Assembly: GCA_937903035.1 (NCBI GenBank)
Contig: CALCZP010000002.1
Location: forward strand, 20,739 to 84,738
Length of the DNA: 64,000 nt
Source: an uncultured bacterium
GTDB lineage: Bacteria; Patescibacteriota; Minisyncoccia; Phycocordibacterales; UBA9973
Reading direction: 5' to 3'
Positions within the stretch are counted from its first letter, which is position 1. Each line of letters starts with the position of its first letter. The translations under genes were made by a program, and so were the position numbers. Under the pieces are notes generated by a model that was given only the letters and a program-made list of their open reading frames with translations, was not told the origin of the DNA and ran no database searches. This document shows positions 16,156 to 26,472 of this stretch, in pieces.

Positions 16156-17436
16156 TTACTTGAGTTGCTTGATATAGGTATTGAGTTCGCTCAGTGGAAC
16201 TGTATCCTGAGACCGTGTCTCCATGTTGCGGACAATAACACTACCTTCGACGGCTTCTTTTTGGCCAAAGATAATGGTGTATGGTGCACCTGACTTCTCA
16301 GCGACACCGAGTTGGGCCGACAGTGAGTCCTTTGAGAGTGCTTGAATCATTGGAATATGTGCTTTACGCAAGATTTCAATTACGTTGAGACTTTTGAGTT
16401 TTGCATCAAGGCCAACCTGGATAAAGTAGACTTTTGGCTTCTTGAGAATGCGGGGTGAGAGGTCTTTGAACCACGGACGTTCGATGATGCGATCCATACC
16501 GATCGAACCCCCCATTGCAGGGACATCTTTTTTTGCACCGAGCTGTCGTCCGAGATAGTCGTATCGTCCACCACCTGCAATCGTAATATTGCTGCCGTTT
16601 TCATCAGTCTCGATGATTTCAAATACGGTGTGGGTATAGTACGAAAGTCCGCGCACGAGGAGTTTGTCGATTTGATACGGAATATTCATTTCATCGAGTG
16701 CCTCGAGCACTTCTTTGAAATGTCGTTTGCCGGCAGGAGAGAGGTAACTGATGGAGTCAGGGGCATCCTGATTAACTAGTTTGGTGGATTCTTCTTTTGA
16801 ATCAAGAATGCGGAGCGGGTTCGTCTTAAGACGCTCTTGGTCAATCGGTGCGAGGGAAGTTTGATGCTTCTTGTAGTAGTTAGTGAGCTCTTTGAGGTAT
16901 GCAGGGCGTGACTCCTTGTCACCAATCGAGTTGATGGTAACTGAGAGATTTTTAGCACCTGCTTCTTCGAGCATAGTGTAGATGGTCTTGATCACGAGTG
17001 CGTCGAGAATACTCTTTTCACTACCGAGTGCATCAACATCGAACTGGTAGAACTGTCGATACCGACCTTTCTGTGGTTTGTCATGACGAAAGACGGGGCC
17101 AGAGTGGTAGAGGAGTACAGGCTGTGGCGTGCTCTGCATGCCATGCTCGATATATGCGCGCATCAGTCCTGCGGTGTGCTCAGGACGCATTGCAAGATGG
17201 TCACCACCTTTGGTTTTGAGTGTGTACATTTCTTTGTCGACAACATCAGTACCCACACCGATACTTGTGGTAAATGTTTCCTCATGTTCAAGGATTGGCG
17301 TTTCAATAGGTTTAAAGCCGTAGTACACCGCTACTTCCTGTGCCTTTTCAAAAAAGCCTTGAAACTTGTAGTAGTCGTCTCCGATAATGTCGCGCATACC
17401 TTTTGGGCTTGCGATATCTTGTGATGGTTTTTTCAT
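16156..17436 (-). CDS. hisS: histidyl-tRNA synthetase
   Basis: PKGMRD N-terminal motif, class II core, 426 aa. Part of the lepB-hisS-def-fmt minus-strand operon. Confidence 0.9.
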   Translation of the reverse strand: MKKPSQDIASPKGMRDIIGDDYYKFQGFFEKAQEVAVYYGFKPIETPILEHEETFTTSIGVGTDVVDKEMYTLKTKGGDHLAMRPEHTAGLMRAYIEHGMQSTPQPVLLYHSGPVFRHDKPQKGRYRQFYQFDVDALGSEKSILDALVIKTIYTMLEEAGAKNLSVTINSIGDKESRPAYLKELTNYYKKHQTSLAPIDQERLKTNPLRILDSKEESTKLVNQDAPDSISYLSPAGKRHFKEVLEALDEMNIPYQIDKLLVRGLSYYTHTVFEIIETDENGSNITIAGGGRYDYLGRQLGAKKDVPAMGGSIGMDRIIERPWFKDLSPRILKKPKVYFIQVGLDAKLKSLNVIEILRKAHIPMIQALSKDSLSAQLGVAEKSGAPYTIIFGQKEAVEGSVIVRNMETRSQDTVPLSELNTYIKQLK

Positions 17437-17440
17437 ACAA

Positions 17441-18034
17441 TTACTGTTCTAAAAATGTTACTTTGCCCGGCAGATAATCGATTTTGGAAAGCGGGAGCAG
17501 TCGAAGGAGTGCGCGGCCGCGAATGTTTTCTTTTGGGAGGAGTCCCCATGCGCGGCTGTCATAGCTCCTACCTCTGTTGTCACCCATCACGAAGTAATGT
17601 CCTTCGGTGACGGTGGTACTCGAATAGTTGTTTGATCTATGTGTGATAAATGAGTCATCAAGAATAAAACCTTCAGGATGGGCTGCATTTTTAATAGTCA
17701 CGGTGCTTCCATTAATCGACACTGTGTCGCCTGGAAGACCAATGATGCGCTTCACATAGTATTTGGTAGGTTCAGGGGGAGACTTAAATACAACCACATC
17801 GCCACGCGCAGGTTCACTAAAACGATAGGTTACTTCGTCGATCAAGAGATACTGCGCATTTTGGATGATTGGATCCATTGAGGTGCCACTCACGATAAAA
17901 GGGCGGATCACATACGTCTGGATAAGGAGTGCTAGACCGACTGCGCCTGCTAGATAGAGGATATTCTCAATAAATAACCAGAGGCGTTTGCTAAGCGGTA
18001 CTTTGACAGGGGGTACTGGTGCGGAAGGTTCCAT
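17441..18034 (-). CDS. lepB: signal peptidase I
   Basis: GTSMDP (Ser box) and VMGDNRGRSYDSRAWG (box E). ORF-track start 18169 trimmed to an internal Met (MEPSAPV...) followed by a TM helix; the start is uncertain. Confidence 0.75.
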   Translation of the reverse strand: MEPSAPVPPVKVPLSKRLWLFIENILYLAGAVGLALLIQTYVIRPFIVSGTSMDPIIQNAQYLLIDEVTYRFSEPARGDVVVFKSPPEPTKYYVKRIIGLPGDTVSINGSTVTIKNAAHPEGFILDDSFITHRSNNYSSTTVTEGHYFVMGDNRGRSYDSRAWGLLPKENIRGRALLRLLPLSKIDYLPGKVTFLEQ

Positions 18035-18104
18035 GAATAGCGCAAGTATAAACGATTTTGGGGTGCGGGACAAGAAATGATTTTTGTTGTTTAATGGAGG
18101 GATG

Positions 18105-18665
18105 ATAGTTATCGGTCTTGGAAATCCTGGTACAAAATACGGCGGACATCGCCACAATATAGGCTTCATGGTGCTCGATGCACTCGCATCGGAGCATGAT
18201 CTCGCATTTGAAAAAAAGACAATCTTTGACGCGCAAGTTAGCGGGTGGGAAGGTCTTGTTCTTGCAAAGCCTCAGACATTTATGAATGAGAGTGGTAAGT
18301 CAGCTGCAAAGCTCCATAAGCAGTACCCGGATTTTCCTATTGTAGTGGTCTATGATGACGTTGATATCAACGTCGGTGAAGTCAAGTGTAGTTTTGGTCG
18401 TGGTGCGGGTGGTCACAATGGTGTGCAGAGTGTGATCGATCATCTCGATACCAAAGATTTTTTCCGTATTCGTGTCGGTGTGCGTCCGGTGCATGAGGAA
18501 CTCTTGCCACGTATTGCGCCTCCAAACGGATTTGAGACCTATCTCTTGTCAGACTTTGCACCGTTTGAAGCAGAGCTCAAGGTGCAGGGGATTGAGAAAG
18601 CTGTCTCGATCATTAAGCTTCTTCCGACCTGTACGTTTGAAGAAATCATGAATCAATACAACTAA
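18105..18665 (+). CDS. pth: peptidyl-tRNA hydrolase
   Basis: MIVIGLGNPGTKYGGHRHNIGF is the canonical Pth N-terminus. Start trimmed from 18084. Confidence 0.9.
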   Translation: MVIGLGNPGTKYGGHRHNIGFMVLDALASEHDLAFEKKTIFDAQVSGWEGLVLAKPQTFMNESGKSAAKLHKQYPDFPIVVVYDDVDINVGEVKCSFGRGAGGHNGVQSVIDHLDTKDFFRIRVGVRPVHEELLPRIAPPNGFETYLLSDFAPFEAELKVQGIEKAVSIIKLLPTCTFEEIMNQYN

Positions 18666-18666
18666 T

Positions 18667-18697
18667 AAAAATCCCCGGATCACTCCGGGGATTTTTA
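18667..18697. terminator. Bidirectional terminator hairpin AAAATCCCCGGA-TCAC-TCCGGGGATTTT between convergent pth and rpsA
   Basis: Perfect 8-bp GC-rich stem flanked by A and T runs on both sides. Confidence 0.65.
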
Positions 18698-18707
18698 TTA
18701 GTTGAGA

Positions 18708-19820
18708 TTATTTCTCTTCTGTTTTTGTTTCTTTCACGTCGCCGTATGCAAGCGTCATACGCTGCTCTTTTGGTTCAAAGAGGGTCACGGTGAATGAGTA
18801 CGTCTTGCCGAGCTGAAGTTCGCCGCGTAGCTTGTCTTCAGAGCCGAATGTTGAGTGATGTACAAGGCCTGCAACACCTTCTCGGATTGAGACGAGTGCG
18901 CCGTGCTTATTGTACTTGATCACTACACCTTTGACGGTGTCGCCTTTCTTGAGTGTACCTTCAAATGCTTTCCAAGGGTTATCCTTGAGGGCCTTGACTG
19001 AAAGTGAGATCTTGCCATCCTTGATGTCGATGATCTTTGCTTTCACCTTGTCCTTGAGCTTGAACATTGCACGTGGATCCTCAACGAGTCCCCAGTCGAG
19101 TTCAGAGATGTGCACGAGTCCTTCGAGACCATCCTCGATCTTGAGGAAGATACCGAAATCAACGATACCAGTAACCTCGCATTCGATCTCGTCACCAACG
19201 GTGTACTTGCTGATGACTTCCTTGCGCTCCTCAGGATTTGATTCCTTTTCAGAGAAGATGATTTTACCTTCCTTTGGATTTGCAGAGATCATCATGACCG
19301 CAAGCTTGGTGCCAGCGAGCTTTTTGAGCTCACGGAAAATCTTGTCTTTGTCACTGTCCTCAACACGAGGGTAGTGCTCAGGCTTGAGCTGAGATGCTGG
19401 AAGGAATCCAGACACACCCTGCCAGTCAATAATGAGACCACCCTTGTTTGCATCCTTGACGGTGAGTTCAAAGATCGTGTGTGCCTTGATCGCAAGTTCA
19501 GCCTCATTCCAGATGAGTGCCTGCTTTGCTTCCTTGAGGGAGAGTTCAATGTAGCCGTTTTCGTTCTCATCCTCTACAACTTTAGCTTTGATTACATCGC
19601 CAATGTTGGTCTTCTTGAGGAGATCACGAACCGCGATAAATTCGCGGCCGTAGATGATACCGGTACCAAATGGAGGAAGATCGATGTAGACCGCAGCTTT
19701 TTCAACGGCGATCACGGTACCTTCAACAATCTCATCGACTTTTGGACGATGCGGGCCGGTGTCTTCAACTGCTTCAACAGCAGGAGTTTCTACCAATTCT
19801 TCTGTAGTGTTTGTTGTCAT
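18708..19820 (-). CDS. rpsA: 30S ribosomal protein S1 (four S1 domains)
   Basis: Repeated S1-domain pattern (GxV...GLxHISE). 370 aa from the Met at 19820; ORF-track start trimmed from 19868. Confidence 0.85.
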   Translation of the reverse strand: MTTNTTEELVETPAVEAVEDTGPHRPKVDEIVEGTVIAVEKAAVYIDLPPFGTGIIYGREFIAVRDLLKKTNIGDVIKAKVVEDENENGYIELSLKEAKQALIWNEAELAIKAHTIFELTVKDANKGGLIIDWQGVSGFLPASQLKPEHYPRVEDSDKDKIFRELKKLAGTKLAVMMISANPKEGKIIFSEKESNPEERKEVISKYTVGDEIECEVTGIVDFGIFLKIEDGLEGLVHISELDWGLVEDPRAMFKLKDKVKAKIIDIKDGKISLSVKALKDNPWKAFEGTLKKGDTVKGVVIKYNKHGALVSIREGVAGLVHHSTFGSEDKLRGELQLGKTYSFTVTLFEPKEQRMTLAYGDVKETKTEEK

Positions 19821-20061
19821 AATAAAAAAATGCCGCGCAAAGGCGGCCGCCGAATAGTTCGGCACCACCTTTTAGATTCTGGTATCCGTTTCGTGCAATA
19901 TCAGGGTTATTCCAAAAGGGGAACGATTAATGCAAGAAGCGAAAGGCTGTTTGCCCGAGTAAAATACCATATATAAAGGGAAATAGAAAGTATTGACTTT
20001 ATCTAAAATATGTGCTACAATTAAATAGTAAACAAGTTCCATAAAAACAAAAAATATACTC

Positions 20062-20433
20062 ATGAAAAAAATGTTTTTAATCGCCATTTTGATGCTTTCT
20101 ATTAGTTTTAGTTTTGCTCAAAATACGAAAACACAGCCAGTGATGCAAGATACTGCAATAAGAATTGATCAACAGTTTGTGCGAAAAACTGCAACAAAGG
20201 TGTTTACTATATATGTACAACAGTATGTATATCAGCCAACAAGAAGTTCAGTTTTTGTAACTAGTAAGAAACTGAAAGTGGATAAAACTAGCAATCTTGA
20301 TCAGCCTATGTATGGACAGCATTTTCAGATTGCTGAACCAATCAAAAAAATTGGTGTGGCATATGATAATGAAAAAATTATCATAAAGTACGTTACTGAT
20401 AAAGATGCAGAGCGTATAATAGAGTGTATCTAG
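20062..20433 (+). CDS. secreted hypothetical protein (signal peptide MKKMFLIAILMLSISFSFAQ)
   Basis: Clear Sec signal with an AQ cleavage site. Confidence 0.5.
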   Translation: MKKMFLIAILMLSISFSFAQNTKTQPVMQDTAIRIDQQFVRKTATKVFTIYVQQYVYQPTRSSVFVTSKKLKVDKTSNLDQPMYGQHFQIAEPIKKIGVAYDNEKIIIKYVTDKDAERIIECI

Positions 20434-20505
20434 TAAAGTTATCCCCTTATAATAAAAATTTGTAAGGGGTTTTTTTATTTGCGATCCATTTGCTATAGTA
20501 CCTCC

Positions 20506-21117
20506 ATGGTTATTACGTATTACGGCAAACAGTATTTCAAGCTCACCCTCGGCGACCTCACGATCGCTACCAATCCTCCCTCAAAGGCTTCCAAGCCATC
20601 TCGCTTTGGTGCCGATATTGCACTCATTACGACAAATATCGAGGAGGGAAATGACGCAGAGACGGTGACGCTTGGTGAAAAGGTACCGTTTGTCATGAGT
20701 GGGCCGGGCAACTACGAGATCAGAGACCTCCTCTTTACTGGGGCAGGCAGTCCGGTGACGATCGATGGTGTGGATCGCATCAATACGATCTACGGCTTTG
20801 AGCTGGACGGGATCAAGATTTGTTTTCTCGGCAACACTGCCGACGAAAAGTCACTTACTCCCGAAGCCAAAGAAATCGCCGGTCTCGCGGACATGATCTT
20901 TGTGGCAGTGGGAAATGATCCAGCACATGCGTACAAGCTTGCGACCTCATTTGATCCTAATGTTGTGATTCCGATGGACTACGATGCAGAAAGTCTTAAA
21001 CGATTTCTGAAGGAAGGTGGACAGGAGGGGGTAAGTGTCGAAGACAAGGCTACACTCAAGCGTCGCGATCTTGATGGTAAAGAAGGGACAATTATTGCGC
21101 TCGCATCACAGTCATAA
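20506..21117 (+). CDS. metal-dependent hydrolase, MBL-fold (UPF0173-like)
   Basis: The N-terminus MVITYYGKQYFKLTLGDLTIATNP resembles the MKITWLGHSxF start of UPF0173 beta-lactamase-fold hydrolases. Weak call. Confidence 0.4.
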   Translation: MVITYYGKQYFKLTLGDLTIATNPPSKASKPSRFGADIALITTNIEEGNDAETVTLGEKVPFVMSGPGNYEIRDLLFTGAGSPVTIDGVDRINTIYGFELDGIKICFLGNTADEKSLTPEAKEIAGLADMIFVAVGNDPAHAYKLATSFDPNVVIPMDYDAESLKRFLKEGGQEGVSVEDKATLKRRDLDGKEGTIIALASQS

Positions 21118-21125
21118 TCACTACT

Positions 21126-21335
21126 ATGGGACGATTTGATCACCATCCACCACATGTTCGTCGCAAGATAGCGCTGATGAGCACGGTTGGGATTGGAGTC
21201 ATTCTTCTGGGGCTGATGGTCATTCTCTATACTAAGCCAAAGTACCGCTCAGGGGAGGATACTGCAATGTCAAAATTGCACTCATTTTACACCACGATTA
21301 CGGACTCCGCGCAATCATATTTTGATACCAAATAA
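21126..21335 (+). CDS. small membrane protein (69 aa)
   Basis: Single TM helix IGVILLGLMVILY. Confidence 0.3.
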   Translation: MGRFDHHPPHVRRKIALMSTVGIGVILLGLMVILYTKPKYRSGEDTAMSKLHSFYTTITDSAQSYFDTK

Positions 21336-21357
21336 TGCTATACTAGCCCTGTAATAT

Positions 21358-23808
21358 ATGGCGAAAAAAGAAATTCCACTCCCTGTTGCAGCGCCACACG
21401 ACCAGATACTGCCGGTCAACATCGTCACTGAAATGCGCGTGAGCTTCATCGACTATGCGATGAGTGTTATTACTGATCGTGCACTTCCTGATGTGCGTGA
21501 TGGATTGAAGCCGGTGCACCGTCGTATTCTCTATGCGATGCATGAGTCAGGTCTCACCTCGAGTGCAAAGTTTCGTAAGTCAGCAACCGTCGTCGGTGAC
21601 GTGCTTGGTCGCTACCACCCGCACGGCGATACATCTGTATACGATGCGATGGTAAACATGGCGCAGGATTTCTCATACCGCTATCCACTCGTGCATGGTC
21701 AGGGTAACTTTGGATCTGTCGACGGTGACCCAGCTGCAGCAATGCGTTATACGGAGGCGCGTATGTCACGTATTGCAGGTGAAATGCTTCGCGATATCGA
21801 CAAGGATACGGTAGATTTTCGTCCCAACTACGATGCTACTCGCAAAGAGCCGACCGTGATGCCGACTGCAGTGCCAAGTCTTTTGCTCAACGGTACGCTC
21901 GGTATTGCGGTGGGTATGGCGACCAACATTGCGCCGCACAACTTGCGCGAGGTTATTGATGCCACTATTCACCTCATCGAGAACGATGATGCCACCAACG
22001 AAGATCTTGGTGAGATCGTCAAAGGTCCTGACTTTCCAACAGGAGGTATTGTCTACAACAAAAAGGATATCTTACATGCACTGGCAACCGGACGTGGTGG
22101 TGTGGTGTGTCGTGGTGAAGCAGAAATCAGTGAGACCAAAAACGGTGTATACAATATTGTTATCACCTCGCTCCCATACCGTGTCAACAAGTCAACATTC
22201 ATCGAATCAATGGCTGAGTTGGTACAAGAGAAAAAGATTGAAGGTATCAAGGATATCCAAGAGCTCTCAACCAAGGACACCCGTATCGTGGTTATTTTGA
22301 AATCAGGGGTCAATCCGCAAAAAGTTCTCAACTATTTGTACAAACACACACAGCTCGAGCAAACCTTCCACTACAACATGGTGGCACTTGTTGACGGTAC
22401 GCCGGAGACGCTGTCGCTCAAGTCAATGCTCACTGCATTTATCGGGCACCGAGAAGTTGTGGTTCGTCGTCGCACCGAGTACGATCTCAAACGTGCAAAA
22501 GAGCGTGAACATATCTTGCTCGGTCTCAAAAAGGCACTCGATCATATCGATCGTGTGATCACGATTATTCGTGGCTCAAAGGACGCCGCACTTGCGAAGC
22601 TCAACTTGATCAAAGAATTCCGATTCTCTGATCTCCAGGCTGATGCAATTCTTGAAATGCGTTTGCAGAAGCTCGCAGGTCTTGAGCGTAAAGCAGTTGA
22701 AAATGAGCTCAAAGAAAAGCAAGAGCTTATTGCAGAGCTCGAATCAATACTGAAGAGTGCAAAGAAAATTTTTGCGATTATTTCAAAAGAGCTTGCTGAA
22801 ATCCGTGACAAATACGGCGACGATCGCAAAACCAAAGTTGTTGCTGGTGGTATCAAAAATATTTCTGATGAAGATCTCGTACCTGAAAAAGACTCAGTGC
22901 TCGTATTTACCTCAGGTGGCTATGTTAAACGCACTGATCCAAGTGAGTACAAGACACAAAAACGTGGTGGTGTCGGTGTAGTTGATCTTGAAACTAAAGA
23001 AGAAGATTTTGTGACCCAACTCCTCACTGCTGATACACATAGTGATCTTCTATTTTTCACCAATATGGGTAAGGCATACCAAATCAAGATGTATGAACTC
23101 CCCGAAGGTCGTCGTGCAACAAAGGGTAAGTCCATCATGAACTTTCTCTCACTTGGTGCTGATGAGCGTGTTACCTCTATCTTGAGTGTGCCAAAGAAAC
23201 TCAAAGAAGAAAAAGCCTCTCTCATGCTTATCACCAAAATGGGTACTGCCAAAAAGGTATCATACGAGAGCTTCAAGGATGTTCGTCGCTCAGGTATTAT
23301 CGCAATCCGTCTCGACAAAGGTGACGAGCTCCAGACTGTGCTTCGTGTGCAGAAGGGGAGCAGCATCATTCTTGCGACAACCGAAGGTCAGTCGATCAGA
23401 TTTGCAGAGGACGACGTTCGCGAAATGGGACGAACTGCAGGTGGTGTTCGTGCGATCAAGCTTGGTAAAAAAGACGGTGTAATTGGTGCTGATGTAGTGA
23501 CCGATGAAAAAGCAGCACTCCTGACACTTGGTGCAAATGGTATTGGTAAAAAGACGCTGCTCTCTGAATACAAAATCCAAGGACGTGGTGGTTCTGGTAT
23601 TAAGACCGCAAAGATCACTCCAAAGACCGGTGAGCTCATGGTTGCGATGATTGTGCACAACGACACCGAGCTTGTAGCGATGTCCAAGAAAGGACAAGTG
23701 ATTCGTGTCGATCTCAACACCGTCCCCTCAAGTGGTCGTGACACCCAGGGTGTCACTATCATGAAGCTTCGTCCAGGTGACTCACTCGCATCTGTTACGT
23801 GTTTGTAA
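21358..23808 (+). CDS. gyrA: DNA gyrase subunit A
   Basis: Conserved gyrA block [21 protein letters not shown] with active-site Tyr. Long C-terminal beta-pinwheel repeats. 816 aa. Confidence 0.95.
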   Translation: MAKKEIPLPVAAPHDQILPVNIVTEMRVSFIDYAMSVITDRALPDVRDGLKPVHRRILYAMHESGLTSSAKFRKSATVVGDVLGRYHPHGDTSVYDAMVNMAQDFSYRYPLVHGQGNFGSVDGDPAAAMRYTEARMSRIAGEMLRDIDKDTVDFRPNYDATRKEPTVMPTAVPSLLLNGTLGIAVGMATNIAPHNLREVIDATIHLIENDDATNEDLGEIVKGPDFPTGGIVYNKKDILHALATGRGGVVCRGEAEISETKNGVYNIVITSLPYRVNKSTFIESMAELVQEKKIEGIKDIQELSTKDTRIVVILKSGVNPQKVLNYLYKHTQLEQTFHYNMVALVDGTPETLSLKSMLTAFIGHREVVVRRRTEYDLKRAKEREHILLGLKKALDHIDRVITIIRGSKDAALAKLNLIKEFRFSDLQADAILEMRLQKLAGLERKAVENELKEKQELIAELESILKSAKKIFAIISKELAEIRDKYGDDRKTKVVAGGIKNISDEDLVPEKDSVLVFTSGGYVKRTDPSEYKTQKRGGVGVVDLETKEEDFVTQLLTADTHSDLLFFTNMGKAYQIKMYELPEGRRATKGKSIMNFLSLGADERVTSILSVPKKLKEEKASLMLITKMGTAKKVSYESFKDVRRSGIIAIRLDKGDELQTVLRVQKGSSIILATTEGQSIRFAEDDVREMGRTAGGVRAIKLGKKDGVIGADVVTDEKAALLTLGANGIGKKTLLSEYKIQGRGGSGIKTAKITPKTGELMVAMIVHNDTELVAMSKKGQVIRVDLNTVPSSGRDTQGVTIMKLRPGDSLASVTCL

Positions 23809-23828
23809 GACAGGATATTTACGCTTCA

Positions 23829-23978
23829 CAGCCGAGCTATATGTTACGTCCTCGCTAGCGCTGCGGGATGCAAAATATAGCTCGGCTATTTCGCTTCTTG
23901 TGACTCAAGAACGAAAAGAAGCCAGTACAAACTGCATCCCGCAGGTGACGAAGTTGACGAGGACGTAGTTTGTACTGG
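23829..23978 (+). ncRNA. Candidate cis-regulatory RNA / attenuator with four long, mutually exclusive helices: A 23830-42/23875-87; B 23844-54/23958-68; C 23861-72/23933-44; D 23922-32/23968-78. Plus inner hairpin E 23893-99/23916-22
   Basis: All pairings were verified base by base (11-13 bp each). Fold 1 = A+E+D, with D followed by UUUCUU (terminator-like). Fold 2 = B+C coaxial stack, which precludes D. Located between gyrA and the methyltransferase gene. Confidence 0.35.
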
Positions 23979-24031
23979 TTTCTTAAAGTAATGTACTCTA
24001 CTTTCTACTTCTCACTTGCTATACTCTACAC

Positions 24032-24556
24032 ATGTTCATGGATCCCATGCGCCTCATAGCACTGTGCAACTTGCAGTCGACTGACACAGTGGCTGACTTT
24101 GGTGCGGGTTCTGGATTCATTGCCCGTGCGCTTGCAAAATATGCACCGCAAGGTCAAGTCTTTGCAATCGAGATCAACCGCGATCTCGTGACACGACTCA
24201 CTCGTGAAGTGGCAGAAATGCATCTGACCAACATTCATCCAATTTGGGGTGATATTGAAATTCCTGGCGGATCAAAGCTTGCGAGTGATAGTGTGAACTT
24301 TGTCGTACTTTCAAATGTGATGTTTCATCTTGAAGACAAACAAGGATGTTTGAGAGAGATTAGTCGCGTATTGAAAAGTAATGGTCGAGTCCTTGTTGTT
24401 GATTGGCAAGAGTCATTTGGTGGTATGGGGCCTGCACCACATCAGATTGTGAATAGTCAGATGGCAGAAGAGCTCTTTACTCGAGCAGGATTCACTAAAC
24501 TCTCTGATGGGCTCTCAGGAGGCGATCATCATTATGCTATACTTTTCAAGAAGTAA
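24032..24556 (+). CDS. class I SAM-dependent methyltransferase
   Basis: Motif I VADFGAGSGFIARAL, followed by motif II/III-like acidic residues. 174 aa. Confidence 0.7.
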   Translation: MFMDPMRLIALCNLQSTDTVADFGAGSGFIARALAKYAPQGQVFAIEINRDLVTRLTREVAEMHLTNIHPIWGDIEIPGGSKLASDSVNFVVLSNVMFHLEDKQGCLREISRVLKSNGRVLVVDWQESFGGMGPAPHQIVNSQMAEELFTRAGFTKLSDGLSGGDHHYAILFKK

Positions 24557-24559
24557 ACG

Positions 24560-25870
24560 ATGAAACCAAACTTTCAAACAATCATTCTCATTGTGTTTAT
24601 CGTCGCATTTATTGGTGCGGTCTTGGCGTTCTCTGGTCTTATTGGTTCAAGTTCAACCACAACAACTAGCTCATCTGGTACAGCCCAGATTACTGTATGG
24701 GGCATCCTTCCCAACAACCAAATGCAACAGTATGTTGAGCGATTTAATACAAGTGGCAGTGGGTCAACTATTGTATATGTGGAGCGTGCGCCAGAAAATT
24801 TCTATCAAGATGTTATCACTGCTATCGCAAATGGTACTCCTCCAGATGCACTGATTCTTTCATCAGAACTTTTGTCGCAGTTTAAGTCACGGCTTTATAT
24901 TACGTCCTATCAAACCTACAATGAACGTACGTTTCGTGATACCAATGTTGATGGCGCGCAACTCTTTTTGGACAAGGACGGTGTCGTAGCATTCCCACTC
25001 CTTGTTGATCCGTTGGTTGTATATTACAACAAGGATATTCTTGCTTCACAAAATTTTGTCGTACCGCCGACAACATGGACAGACCTTCAGTCAACACTCC
25101 CATTTTTTCTGAAGCGTGATATCAAAAATGCTATTATCCAAACACCACTTGCGCTTGGAGATGCAACAAATGTGACACATGCTCGCGATATTTTATCAGC
25201 GCTTTTTCTCCAAACAGGTAACGCTATTGTTTCATATGATCCTATTTCAGGACAAAATGCGGCAGTGCTTGGTCGTTCTTCGGCAAACAGTACAACACTT
25301 CCTACTGCTGAAGCGTTGACGTTTTATACCAGCTTTTCAAATCCAACGAGTAGTAACTATACTTGGAACAGCTCACTGCCTTCGAGTCTACAAATGTTTT
25401 TGGCCGGAAGATCGGCGTTTTATATTGGTCGTTCGAGCGAGCTGTTTACTATCCAACAGCAAAATCCAAATTTAAACTTTGATGTTGCGCCATTCTTTCA
25501 GTCAGAAGCAGCTACTCGTCCGGTAACTTTCGGTTCTTTTGTTGCAATTGCATTACTCAAGAATTCTCCTAATATTGCAACGGCATATCCTACAGCACTC
25601 GCACTCTCTTCAAAAGAGAATATTGATACCTTTTCCAAAATATTTGGGTTGCCACCTGCTCGACGTGACTTACTACTGCTACAGCAGTCAAATCCTTATG
25701 TATCAATATTCTTCAAGGCAGCACTATCTGCATTTGCCTGGGCTGATCCTGATCCTATTGCTACAGAAAAAATCTTTCGTGATATGATACAGGATGTTAC
25801 CAGTGGTCGTGCTGACACCCAGTCAGTGATATTTGATGCAAACACTAACCTTCAATCAGCAATTCGCTAA
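24560..25870 (+). CDS. membrane-anchored extracellular solute-binding-protein-like protein
   Basis: N-terminal TM anchor, Ser/Thr-rich linker, then a ~380-aa domain with SBP (family-1)-like composition. Weak family call. Confidence 0.4.
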   Translation: MKPNFQTIILIVFIVAFIGAVLAFSGLIGSSSTTTTSSSGTAQITVWGILPNNQMQQYVERFNTSGSGSTIVYVERAPENFYQDVITAIANGTPPDALILSSELLSQFKSRLYITSYQTYNERTFRDTNVDGAQLFLDKDGVVAFPLLVDPLVVYYNKDILASQNFVVPPTTWTDLQSTLPFFLKRDIKNAIIQTPLALGDATNVTHARDILSALFLQTGNAIVSYDPISGQNAAVLGRSSANSTTLPTAEALTFYTSFSNPTSSNYTWNSSLPSSLQMFLAGRSAFYIGRSSELFTIQQQNPNLNFDVAPFFQSEAATRPVTFGSFVAIALLKNSPNIATAYPTALALSSKENIDTFSKIFGLPPARRDLLLLQQSNPYVSIFFKAALSAFAWADPDPIATEKIFRDMIQDVTSGRADTQSVIFDANTNLQSAIR

Positions 25871-25871
25871 A

Positions 25872-26453
25872 ATGTCTCGATGCATAGTGGGTATTGCTGT
25901 TATCGCATGTGCTCTTGTGGTCACTCCACTGCAGTATAGTGATCTTTCTGCACAAAATGTAACACAATGTAATGACGGTAAAGACAATCAGGTTGGTGAC
26001 GGTAAAGACTGGGGACTCGGAGTTAATAATGGTGATGGAAAAGCTGATTATTATGGCGTTGATACGACTACTCCTCCAGATGGCCAGCTCGATCTTGAAC
26101 CTGATCCAGCGTGTGTTTCAGTCAAAGACCCCACTGAAGACGCAGATGATGTTGTAAAGGGGAGTCTGATACCATGCACCAACAAATGTACTTTTTCGGA
26201 TGTGTTCAAGCTTATCAATGGGCTTTTGTCTTTTTTCATTAAAACCTTGTTGATTCCTATTTTCATCATTCTGTTGATGTATGCAGGCTTCAAATACATC
26301 ACTGCGCAAGGCAACCCTGCCAAAACAGCAAATCTCAAAAAAATGTTTGGCAATATGATACTCGGACTTGTACTTGTACTGTGCTCATGGCTCATCGTAC
26401 ATACCATCCTCAGTATGCTTGGGTATACGGAAGGTTTATCATTGTTTGGATAA
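25872..26453 (+). CDS. VirB2/TrbC-like (T4SS-pilin-like) surface protein, paralogue 1. Variable Cys/Asp-Gly-Lys-rich ectodomain plus a conserved C-terminal two-TM module
   Basis: C-terminal module TM1 (LLIPIFIILLMYAGFKYI), loop TAQGNPAKTANLKK, TM2 (MILGLVLVLCSWLIVHTIL). The same architecture is seen in the next four genes. Start moved to the Met at 25872 to avoid a 38-nt overlap. Confidence 0.5.
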   Translation: MSRCIVGIAVIACALVVTPLQYSDLSAQNVTQCNDGKDNQVGDGKDWGLGVNNGDGKADYYGVDTTTPPDGQLDLEPDPACVSVKDPTEDADDVVKGSLIPCTNKCTFSDVFKLINGLLSFFIKTLLIPIFIILLMYAGFKYITAQGNPAKTANLKKMFGNMILGLVLVLCSWLIVHTILSMLGYTEGLSLFG

Positions 26454-26472
26454 TACGATATACTGTAGTCAC

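Noticed and set aside
19872-20087. 71-aa minus-strand ORF upstream of rpsA, and a GC-rich hairpin at 19821-19870
   Set aside because: The ORF lies in the rpsA 5' leader/promoter region with no support. The GC-rich hairpins (GCCGC-GCAAAG-GCGGC, GCCGAACTATTCGGC) are more likely an rpsA autoregulatory leader structure, noted but not elevated to a finding.
21554-23762. Numerous antisense or alternate-frame ORFs within gyrA
   Set aside because: gyrA is intact and conserved over its whole length. The overlapping ORFs have no start signals and have compositions typical of off-frame translation.
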